A stretch of DNA of 64,000 nucleotides from Elusimicrobiota bacterium (GTDB lineage Bacteria; Elusimicrobiota; Endomicrobiia; Endomicrobiales; JBDRNC01). Shown piece by piece: positions 56,965 through 64,000 of the stretch (within the stretch, counting starts at the first letter, position 1; every line of letters starts with the position of its first letter). The notes beneath the pieces are model-generated. The model saw only the letters and a program-made list of their open reading frames with translations. It was not told the origin of the DNA and searched no databases. The stretch covers positions 64,001 to 128,000 of the forward strand of contig JBDRNC010000004.1 of assembly GCA_043811535.1 (NCBI GenBank), read 5' to 3'. The position numbers were made by a program, and so were the translations under genes.

Positions 56965-57013
56965 AAGGGCGGGAACTCAATTTTCATTTTGCATGACCCA
57001 AGTTCCCGCCCTT
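56965..57013. terminator. 13-bp perfect stem-loop after the 329-aa gene (partial terminator or stabiliser)
   Basis: AAGGGCGGGAACT / AGTTCCCGCCCTT. Confidence 0.55.
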
Positions 57014-57027
57014 CCTTATATACCTTG

Positions 57028-58017
57028 TTACGGCTGTGCGACCGCTGTAACTGTGACTACTATTGTATGCGCGGCTTCCGAAGAAACTACTGTGGGGGCC
57101 TTGAACTGAAGCCAAAGGCTCCTGTTAGCGCTTGCTGCAACACTAAATCCAGTCTGGTCACCTGCGAATATCGTGTCCGTGCACGTTACCGATGTTGTCG
57201 TCAGGTTGTGGTTCGCTTCGCTCCATGTTATTCCGCCTACAACCGATGAAAACGCGCCGTTTAGTACATACTGGTTAACGCCGGTTACAGTTGACGCCGT
57301 CCAGTCAGCCGGGTTCGTCAACTGAAGTTTAAACGTGGCGTTGCCCGTGCCGGAGTTGGTGACTGTAATGGCATTCGCGGACACTGCAGTTTGTCCCGCA
57401 ACTATGGTCCCGAAAGCAACCGTGCCGGTAACCTCAACGCTGACTTCCGCGTTGACAACCGTGACCGTAACATCGGCTGTGTTCCCGCCTGTTCCCTCTC
57501 CGTCGTCAAAAGTCAGGCTGGCCATAGTCATGCCCTGGCCTGTAGCGGTGGTGTGGAAGTTTATCTTAGGCATGACTGAAACCGCTCCAGCGTCGTATGT
57601 GAGCGCTGACAGACTGACGCTGCGGGAGCCCAACGGCGCGGGGTTCGCGACAACATTCCATATCGTGCCGACATAGTTGCCGTTCGTATCAAACTCGTCA
57701 AGCGAGATATCAAAAGTAGCGTCGGCCGTCACATTCGTGCAGTTGTAATTCAGATGCCCGTTGGTTAAAGAGCTGATAGGGACTCGAGTATAGAAGTCCT
57801 TATCCGGATAAATTCCGCCCGCGTCCCAGGAATTCGTTGAACTCTCTATTATCAATTGTGTGCCGTCCGAATACTTTGTTGCGTCTGCGCCGTAAGTCAT
57901 CCAGTGCGAAACACCTTCCGGCGTGAAGTCCGCCGTCCAGACATCAGCCGCTTGCGCGTAGGAACCGATGCCCACAATCATTGCCATTAAAACCATTAAA
58001 CCAATTAACTTTTTCAT
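57028..58017 (-). CDS. Exported protein: WxADFS domain + Thr/Val-rich beta-sandwich (pilin/WxL-like pattern)
   Basis: Signal peptide; AAGGAG RBS; VAFGTIVAG...ITVTNSG...RSLWLQFKAPT...TIVVTVTA. Confidence 0.82.
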   Translation of the reverse strand: MKKLIGLMVLMAMIVGIGSYAQAADVWTADFTPEGVSHWMTYGADATKYSDGTQLIIESSTNSWDAGGIYPDKDFYTRVPISSLTNGHLNYNCTNVTADATFDISLDEFDTNGNYVGTIWNVVANPAPLGSRSVSLSALTYDAGAVSVMPKINFHTTATGQGMTMASLTFDDGEGTGGNTADVTVTVVNAEVSVEVTGTVAFGTIVAGQTAVSANAITVTNSGTGNATFKLQLTNPADWTASTVTGVNQYVLNGAFSSVVGGITWSEANHNLTTTSVTCTDTIFAGDQTGFSVAASANRSLWLQFKAPTVVSSEAAHTIVVTVTAVAQP

Positions 58018-58268
58018 TTTAAACTCCTTTCTGAATTTTTCTTGAAACTACAGCTTCTTTTGATGCTTTGTTGCCCTGAATCTGACTAATCGATTTGTTC
58101 TTGGTCACCTCCCGTGGATTTGAGATTTGATGTTACGCTGGAGAGCATATTGTCACTGGCTAAAACTGCGGTTTTTTCAGGACTTCACCCCCTTACGATG
58201 GTGAATTTTTAGGTTTGATGTGATTTGGCTTCTATGGACAGATGTTATTAAACTTGCGTACCGGTTGA

Positions 58269-58296
58269 TGCGAAAGAAATGCGAAGCTTTTGCGAA
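58269..58296 (-). promoter_or_regulatory. Triple direct-repeat operator (perfect copy)
   Basis: TGCGAA-N5-TGCGAA-N5-TGCGAA; TAACAT at 58242-58247. Confidence 0.88.
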
Positions 58297-58541
58297 GTTT
58301 GAGAATCCTTAATATATTTCGAGAGCGTTTAATACCGGTTTTACAGTCGGATTGATTGCCGATAGCACCTCCTTCGCCAACCATCCTTCGCTAAAGCTAC
58401 GGAGTGGTTCATCTTCGGAGGGTTATCCGCAGAATAATATCCATCTGCGCTTACCGGGTCATCAATAGACACGGCTATTCGCCATATTGATGATCCAGCT
58501 TCGGTGGATTATTTGCCGATTTTTTTGTGAAATCGGCAAAT

Positions 58542-58573
58542 AAAAAAAACAGGCCCGGTTTTCACCGGGCCTG
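58542..58573 (-). terminator. Intrinsic terminator
   Basis: CAGGCCCGGT-GAAA-ACCGGGCCTG followed by T8 on the minus strand. Confidence 0.85.
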
Positions 58574-58722
58574 CCCCCCTCTATATCTTTTTCTTTCGAC
58601 TGCACCGGGACCCCGTCCGCCGCGGCGGACGAGACCCGGTACAATCAGCCACCCACCAATGGCTTCCCCCATTCCCTCAATATTTTTGTTGTTTCCGTTC
58701 CAGTCATTTTGTTCTCCTCTGA
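58542..58722 (-). ncRNA. Candidate sigma54-dependent small RNA or 20-aa peptide transcript
   Basis: Sigma54 motif upstream; GAGGAG RBS + ORF 58645-58707; GC-rich hairpin 58601-58643; terminator 58542-58573. Confidence 0.5.
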
Positions 58723-58732
58723 TTATTATAGA

Positions 58733-58749
58733 CGCAATTTTGTTGCCAA
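58733..58749 (-). promoter_or_regulatory. Sigma54 -24/-12 promoter
   Basis: TTGGCAACAAAATTGCG, exact GG-N10-GC spacing. Confidence 0.7.
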
Positions 58750-58832
58750 CAAAATATGGAATGTAGCGGTATTTTTACGTAAGATTGCACTATATTACAT
58801 GCACTTGCCCAACATTTTGTGCAATTCACAAA

Positions 58833-58866
58833 AATGTAGACCGGCACTTAAGTGCCGGTCTACATT
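58833..58866. repeat. Perfect 34-bp GTAG-type palindrome
   Basis: AATGTAGACCGGCACTTAAGTGCCGGTCTACATT. Confidence 0.85.
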
Positions 58867-58897
58867 AAAATAGCAGAAAACAAGTTAAATTAGTATT

Positions 58898-60298
58898 TTA
58901 GTCTTCCTGCGGTTCATTGCTGGCGTGTTTTTCCTGTTTCTGAACCCCGAGCTGGTTCATCTTGTAGAGCAGAGCGTTGCGGTGTATACCGAGAATCTGA
59001 GCGGCTTTTGTCTGGTTCCATCCGGCTTTTTCAAGAATGCCCAGAATGAACTGTTTTTCAAAGTCGTTCCTGGCGTTTTTCAGCGATATCCTTTCCCCGG
59101 AACTTTCCGGTTTTTCTTCTTTGAGAAGCATATCCATCGGCAGGCGGCCGCGCTGGATGACCTGTTCTTTGCCGAGCGCCACGAGCCGCTCAATTATATT
59201 CCTTAACTCCCTTATATTCCCGGGCCAATGATAGGCCGTCATCGCTTCGAGCGCTTCTTTTGATATTCCCCTGATATCCTTGCCGAATTTTCTACTATAT
59301 ATATGTATGAAATGGTCTATGAGCAGGGGAATATCCCCAATTCTTTCGCGCAGCGGCGGCGCGTGAACCGGTATCACGTTCAGCCGGTAATAAAGGTCAT
59401 GCCTGAAACTGCCGTCCTTGACCGCTTTCTTGAGATCGGCGTTGGTTGCGGATACTATCCTCACGTCTGTCTTTATAAGCTTTTCCCCGCCGACCCTTTG
59501 GATTTCCTTTTCTTCTATTGCCCGCAATATTTTTCCCTGTATTTCGTAAGACAAATTGCCTATCTCGTCAAAAAACAGCGTGCCGGTATTAGCCAGTTCA
59601 AATTTGCCTATCTTTTTTGAAACGGCGTCTGTGAAAGAGCCCTTTTCGTGCCCGAAAAGCTCGCTTTCCACAAGGTTCTCCGGTATCGACGCGGCGTCAA
59701 CCGCGACAAACGGCTTATCCTTGCAGGCGCCTGAAAAGTGTATCGCTCTGGCAATCAGCTCTTTGCCCGTACCGCTTTCGCCGGTAATCAGGACCGTCGA
59801 GCGATTGTCCGATATTTCTGCGATTACTGAAAACAACTGCTTCATCGCCGGGCTATTTCCGACCATTCTCTCGGACAATTCCGGCTTGAGTTCGGATTTC
59901 AGATATATGACTTCCTTTTCAAGTTTCCTTTTTTCAAGCGCCTTTTCGATTGTGTCAAGCAGGTCGTCGGCCTCGAACGGTTTTGTCAGGTAGTCATACG
60001 CTCCGGCCTTCACGGCACGGACAGCGGTTTTCATCATTTTTACGGCCGAAATGACTATGATCTCGGCATCGCATATTTTTCTCATTTTTTCCAGGACCTT
60101 AACGCCGTCCATGTCCGGCAGGAGCATGTCCAAAAGGACAATATCCACCGTCCTGCTCCGGGCGATATCCACCGCGTCGCTACCGTTCTCGGCGGAAATT
60201 ACATCATAATCGCCGTCAAGGAGCGCAGTGTTCGCCTCAATCGCCCCCCGTTCATCGTCAACAAGCAGAATCACCGGCTTGATTTTACCGCTCTTCAC
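58898..60298 (-). CDS. Sigma54-dependent enhancer-binding response regulator (NtrC/AtoC/PilR family)
   Basis: REC domain; GESGTGKE; ESELFGHEKGSFTDA; FFDEIG; DLYYRLNV; WPGNIREL; Fis-type HTH. Confidence 0.95.
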   Translation of the reverse strand: MKSGKIKPVILLVDDERGAIEANTALLDGDYDVISAENGSDAVDIARSRTVDIVLLDMLLPDMDGVKVLEKMRKICDAEIIVISAVKMMKTAVRAVKAGAYDYLTKPFEADDLLDTIEKALEKRKLEKEVIYLKSELKPELSERMVGNSPAMKQLFSVIAEISDNRSTVLITGESGTGKELIARAIHFSGACKDKPFVAVDAASIPENLVESELFGHEKGSFTDAVSKKIGKFELANTGTLFFDEIGNLSYEIQGKILRAIEEKEIQRVGGEKLIKTDVRIVSATNADLKKAVKDGSFRHDLYYRLNVIPVHAPPLRERIGDIPLLIDHFIHIYSRKFGKDIRGISKEALEAMTAYHWPGNIRELRNIIERLVALGKEQVIQRGRLPMDMLLKEEKPESSGERISLKNARNDFEKQFILGILEKAGWNQTKAAQILGIHRNALLYKMNQLGVQKQEKHASNEPQED

Positions 60299-61380
60299 GC
60301 GTCTCTCCGCTTTGTCTTTTCGAGACTTTTCCTGTAAGAATTTACGGTCCTGCGCGATACGTTGATGCCGTGCTTTTTTTTCAGAATTTCCCTTGCTTCC
60401 ATATCAGTCAGCTGTTTCTCGCGGCCAGATGTCACGAATTCCACAGCGATACGGCCGATGGTCCTGCTGCTGGGAAACAACCGCGCCAGCGGTATCTCCT
60501 TGCCGGACGGCAGTTCAATGCTCCTGCCCGAAACTGCCCTGTTCAAAACGCTTGCCTCAATACCCATATCCTGCGCAGCTTTTCTCTGGGTGCATCCTGC
60601 AAGCGATTTTTCATCCCCGCTTTTCAGAAAGGGCGCTTGTTTTCCGGCTATATAATTCAACGCGTTGAAAATCGCGGATTTCCGCGTGTTTATCTGCTCT
60701 ATTGTTTCAAGGACCGCGTTTATCCCCTTTATCTTGTCCAACGCAAGTTCGCCCGTCTCTTTAAGGGTGTTCAGCTTTTCCATGTTCAGGACATACCTTC
60801 CCTGCGCGTACCTGGGCATCAGGAAACATATCTCCGGCCGGCCGTCCTTCGCCATTTCAATCGAGGCAATCTTATAGTAACTGGCACCCGCGCCGCCGGC
60901 GTCCCCAGAAGGATGATAGAATTCGTTCTGGACCGAAAGATCATTCATAAGGCCGTTTATCTCGTCCACTTCGCTTTCGTTTAAAGAACACTCTGCGCAA
61001 ATATCTTTCACGTCTATTTCCATGCAGTTATACAGAAAATACTTTTCAAATTTCTCCCTGCCGATCCTTTTCACCAGCGAAACCGCTTCCTGTCTCTTTT
61101 CAACCAGCGACTCGACATCGGGAGCCCTGTTGTCCCTGCTTATGTTCTCTATCAGGCTGCAGAATTTATATGAAAAGGCCGCTCCCGGAAACCTTGAATA
61201 ACTGATTATCCTGTATTTCCGGGCAAGCTCTTTAAAAATGGGATTGTTTTCAACGCTGTTCACAAGGTCGGAAAACTCTTTTTCGGGTTTCTCAAGGATT
61301 TCCGCGGTCCGGATCTTGTAGGAGAGCCCCATTTTGTGTTTCAAGGCGGGTTTGACCTTCTGCTTGAATCTAAAAACCAT
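60295..61380 (-). CDS. rpoN: Short, divergent sigma54 (RpoN)-like factor
   Basis: Region I-like ILE.P..E....VENNP; HTH-like AAQDMGIEASVLNRAV; RpoN-box-like LTD......L....GINVSRRTVNSYR. Confidence 0.7.
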   Translation of the reverse strand: MVFRFKQKVKPALKHKMGLSYKIRTAEILEKPEKEFSDLVNSVENNPIFKELARKYRIISYSRFPGAAFSYKFCSLIENISRDNRAPDVESLVEKRQEAVSLVKRIGREKFEKYFLYNCMEIDVKDICAECSLNESEVDEINGLMNDLSVQNEFYHPSGDAGGAGASYYKIASIEMAKDGRPEICFLMPRYAQGRYVLNMEKLNTLKETGELALDKIKGINAVLETIEQINTRKSAIFNALNYIAGKQAPFLKSGDEKSLAGCTQRKAAQDMGIEASVLNRAVSGRSIELPSGKEIPLARLFPSSRTIGRIAVEFVTSGREKQLTDMEAREILKKKHGINVSRRTVNSYRKSLEKTKRRDA

Positions 61381-61392
61381 TAAAATTCCAAA

Positions 61393-62262
61393 TCAATTGT
61401 TGATACCTAATTTCGTCTTGAGCTCGGTTATCTTTTCTTCCGCTCTTTTTACGTAGGTATTGTCTCCGCTCTGATATATGTCTATCCATATCCCGAATGC
61501 CTTGCGAAGTTTCCCGTCTTTTTGATAGATATTCGCCAGCACGGCTTTCATAAGGTTCGGGCACTCCGGCTGCTTTACGGCTACTTCAAGCGATGAAACC
61601 ATTTTATCAAAGTTGCCGCTCTTCCTGTAAACAATAGCCGCCGCGTATAGATTCATCTGCCAGTATGGTTGGTGCACGTCTTTCGTAAGATTCATCCGGT
61701 ATTTTTCCATGTTGTCTATACCGTTTTGCAGGAGCTCCAGCGCTTCCTGCGTCCGCTCGTGATTCCACGCGAGCGCTCCCGCGCCGAAAAGATAGGCGTG
61801 GTAGAAGAACGGGTCCAGCTCCGTCACCCGGTAGCAATGCGTTAAAAGTGCGGAGTATGTGCCTCCTTCTATGTGATGATGATGATGCCCCTCGCCGTGT
61901 TCCTCATGCCCGCCGTGAGTATGTCCGGCCTTCATCCCAATAAGGAATTTTACGGTATCAATGGATAATTTGTACGCGACATCCTTTTCCAGCGGTTTTT
62001 CCGGGCTTCCGTAATACTGCAAAAATTGTATCCACGCTATATCCGCGGCGAACCTACGCATGCCGGTAAGGGTTCCCGTTAGGTCCATTATGACAAAATC
62101 TTTCATTGGAGAAAGCTTCGTTGCGGCAAGAGGATACACGAATCCCCTTGACACAATAGCAGATGAAGCCATGCACAGCAGAAAGCCGGCCGCGGCCCAG
62201 ACAATTTGTTTTCTTAATGAATTCATATTTGAGATGATTTTAAAAACCCCAGCCATCTTCAA
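61393..62262 (-). CDS. Membrane-anchored TPR-like protein (PilG-like) with a His-rich loop
   Basis: TM helix; ADIAWIQFLQYYG; VTELDPFF..AY; helical repeats; follows ABC genes; start uncertain. Confidence 0.65.
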   Translation of the reverse strand: MKMAGVFKIISNMNSLRKQIVWAAAGFLLCMASSAIVSRGFVYPLAATKLSPMKDFVIMDLTGTLTGMRRFAADIAWIQFLQYYGSPEKPLEKDVAYKLSIDTVKFLIGMKAGHTHGGHEEHGEGHHHHHIEGGTYSALLTHCYRVTELDPFFYHAYLFGAGALAWNHERTQEALELLQNGIDNMEKYRMNLTKDVHQPYWQMNLYAAAIVYRKSGNFDKMVSSLEVAVKQPECPNLMKAVLANIYQKDGKLRKAFGIWIDIYQSGDNTYVKRAEEKITELKTKLGINN

Positions 62263-62293
62263 GACCGTTGAGTACTTTTTTCAACGGTCTCAT

Positions 62294-63058
62294 TTAGAAT
62301 TCTTTTCGGCTGAAAAGGATCAGGGTTAATATCAGGCAGAACATGCTGTAAACCGCGGCGTAGAAGAAAGAAGCGTATATCCAGGGCCCCGCGATGCCGG
62401 GTACGTCCCAGAAATCCCGCAGGTTAAAAAACTGAAGGTTCGGCGCCGCAAAATACGCTATCTTAAAAATGACTTTAAGAAACAGGCCTTTCATTTTTCC
62501 GCTTAAGAACATGAGTTCTTCGCTGAAATGTCCCAGGATCCAGAAAAACAGCGTGAAACTCATTGAGGATATCGCCGAAGTGGAAAACACGGCAAAAAAT
62601 ACAGCCAGAGACCCCATGACCGTGATCTTCCCCGCCGAGAGCAGCAGAGCGAGCGGATATCTCAGCGTGAATTGCCAGCCGTTCAGGAACAGTATCCCAA
62701 GGTGCAGCGTAGACATCAGCGCAATGCCGCAGTACACCGCCGCGAGAAGGCCGAAATACCTTCCAAGCAGGTAAGTCATCTTGGATACCGGGCGCGTCAG
62801 CACCAGGTATATGGTCTTTGACTCCATTTCTTCTATAACGAGCGTGACTGAAGAGTAAGCGACCGTCAAAAGAGCGAAAAATTCGATCGCGCCGAGTCCC
62901 AGGTCAAGCAATATTCTCTGCACCTGCTGCCCGCCTAGAGCCGCCAGCAGCAGCGATGCGGCAATTATTATCATGCCGAAAAGCACGAGCACGTAAAAAA
63001 CCTTGTTTCTTATGTTCTCTACAAATGTGTAATACGCGATTGAAAGTATCTTTTTCAT
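62294..63058 (-). CDS. ABC-2 type permease (PilI-like)
   Basis: IA..TF.E.IR.K; EMESKTIY.VLTRPVS...YLLGRY.G; six TM segments; FSRKEF. Confidence 0.88.
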   Translation of the reverse strand: MKKILSIAYYTFVENIRNKVFYVLVLFGMIIIAASLLLAALGGQQVQRILLDLGLGAIEFFALLTVAYSSVTLVIEEMESKTIYLVLTRPVSKMTYLLGRYFGLLAAVYCGIALMSTLHLGILFLNGWQFTLRYPLALLLSAGKITVMGSLAVFFAVFSTSAISSMSFTLFFWILGHFSEELMFLSGKMKGLFLKVIFKIAYFAAPNLQFFNLRDFWDVPGIAGPWIYASFFYAAVYSMFCLILTLILFSRKEF

Positions 63059-63113
63059 TTTTCTGCCGTGCGTTTCCTGCTTCCGTCTTCAATCTTCCAT
63101 CTTCCGTCTGTTT

Positions 63114-63869
63114 TTAAATCTTTATTCTACCGAATTCAGCCGTGTCTTTAACAGTGTCCACAAAAACGGCTTCAAGCTTACCCTGTGATTTATTCCACTC
63201 GGACTGATCGAGCACCTTAACAAGTTCGCCCTTCACAAGAATCCCGACCCTGTCGCAGACTTTCTCAACTTCCGAGATCATATGCGAAGAAAGAAATATA
63301 GTTTTTCCTTCTGATTTCAATTTCATTATAAGGTTCCTCATTTCGCTCATCGCCAGCGGGTCAAGCCCGCTTACCGGCTCGTCGTAAATAAGTATGCCCG
63401 GGTCATGGATCAGGCTCTGGGCTATTCCTATCCTCTGAAGCATTCCCTTGGAAAATTCCCCGAGTCTTTTATTCCCGACCTCCGCAAGCCCTACGAAATC
63501 AAGTATTTGGGCGGCTTTATCTTTTACCCTTTCAACCCCGGAAAGCTCTCCGTAGAATTTCAATATTTCCAGCGCGGTCAGGTATCTGTAAAAGTACGGC
63601 GTTTCCGGCAGGAATCCGACCTGCTTAAGCGCTTTGATCGACGGGGCCGGTTCACCCAAAAGAAAAACTCCGCCCTTTGTGGGGCGGAGCAATCCAAGTA
63701 TAAGTTTAATTGTCGTGGTCTTTCCGGAACCGTTTAACCCGAGAAGCCCGAAGATCTCGCCTTTTTTAATCTCCAGATCAACGTTTTCAATCCCGACGGT
63801 CGTATGGACTTTCCCCAGATGCGACCTCCGATAGATCTTCGTCAGTTTTTCGGTTCTGATAGCCGGCAT
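63114..63869 (-). CDS. ABC exporter ATPase (PilH-like)
   Basis: GLNGSGKTT, GFLPE.PYFY, FSKGMLQR, DEPVSGLDP, SSH; start MPAIRT at 63869. Confidence 0.92.
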   Translation of the reverse strand: MPAIRTEKLTKIYRRSHLGKVHTTVGIENVDLEIKKGEIFGLLGLNGSGKTTTIKLILGLLRPTKGGVFLLGEPAPSIKALKQVGFLPETPYFYRYLTALEILKFYGELSGVERVKDKAAQILDFVGLAEVGNKRLGEFSKGMLQRIGIAQSLIHDPGILIYDEPVSGLDPLAMSEMRNLIMKLKSEGKTIFLSSHMISEVEKVCDRVGILVKGELVKVLDQSEWNKSQGKLEAVFVDTVKDTAEFGRIKI

Positions 63870-63877
63870 GTTTTTAT

Positions 63878-64000
63878 TCAAAGCTCTATATATTTGACTT
63901 TGTTGACGCCCGAGAAGTTGCTTATTTGCTTTATAAGATCGGCATTTACGCACACGTCGATATTTATTATTGTCGTGGCCTCGCCGCCAGCGTCCTTCCT
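63878..64000 (-). CDS. C-terminal ACT domain of an upstream gene (SerA-like), truncated by window edge
   Basis: Manual translation RKDAGGEATTIINIDVCVNADLIKQISNFSGVNKVKYIEL*. Confidence 0.55.
   Translation of the reverse strand, partial: RKDAGGEATTIINIDVCVNADLIKQISNFSGVNKVKYIEL

Noticed and set aside
58369..58422. CCTTCGCTAAAGCTACGG hairpin as an RNA gene
   Set aside because: Resembles a common REP-like hairpin; no promoter or terminator context
58462..58644. 60-aa ORF in the track
   Set aside because: TTG start without RBS, and it runs through two hairpins and a terminator
677..63834. Many plus-strand and nested ORFs in the track (e.g. 36518-37441, 42214-42999, 44443-45264, 46708-47031)
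   Set aside because: They overlap well-supported genes antisense or out of frame and have no recognisable motifs

Overview
Gram-negative bacterial DNA, almost all on the minus strand. The protein style (FN3-rich giant proteins, PorV-like barrels, short RpoN) suggests Elusimicrobiota, which is an inference. About 3.6-58 kb is one large glycan-utilisation island with no SusC/SusD pair. It encodes GH13, two GH65 phosphorylases plus beta-phosphoglucomutase, two GH130, a secreted GH99/GH71-like enzyme, a secreted clan GH-A enzyme, a cupin, and a carbohydrate ABC importer with two binding proteins. It also encodes a surface-display set: four PorV/PorQ-like beta-barrels, four cargo proteins with T9SS-like C-terminal sorting domains (three preceded by a ZU5-like HFS domain), and five full copies plus one remnant of an unrecognised ~150-aa Trp/Tyr-rich domain. 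Six operons share an upstream triple direct repeat (TGCGAA-N5-TGCGAA-N5-TGCGAA, 11-bp period) lying 20-21 bp from a -10-like hexamer, and an orphan OmpR/PhoB regulator sits inside the island. The flanks hold a PAS-GGDEF-HD-GYP gene with an attenuator-like leader, a short RpoN plus enhancer-binding protein followed by a sigma54 promoter and a small structured transcript, and a PilG/H/I-like ABC set. Intergenic DNA is rich in REP/MITE-like and heptamer repeats. I saw no rRNA, tRNA or CRISPR array.
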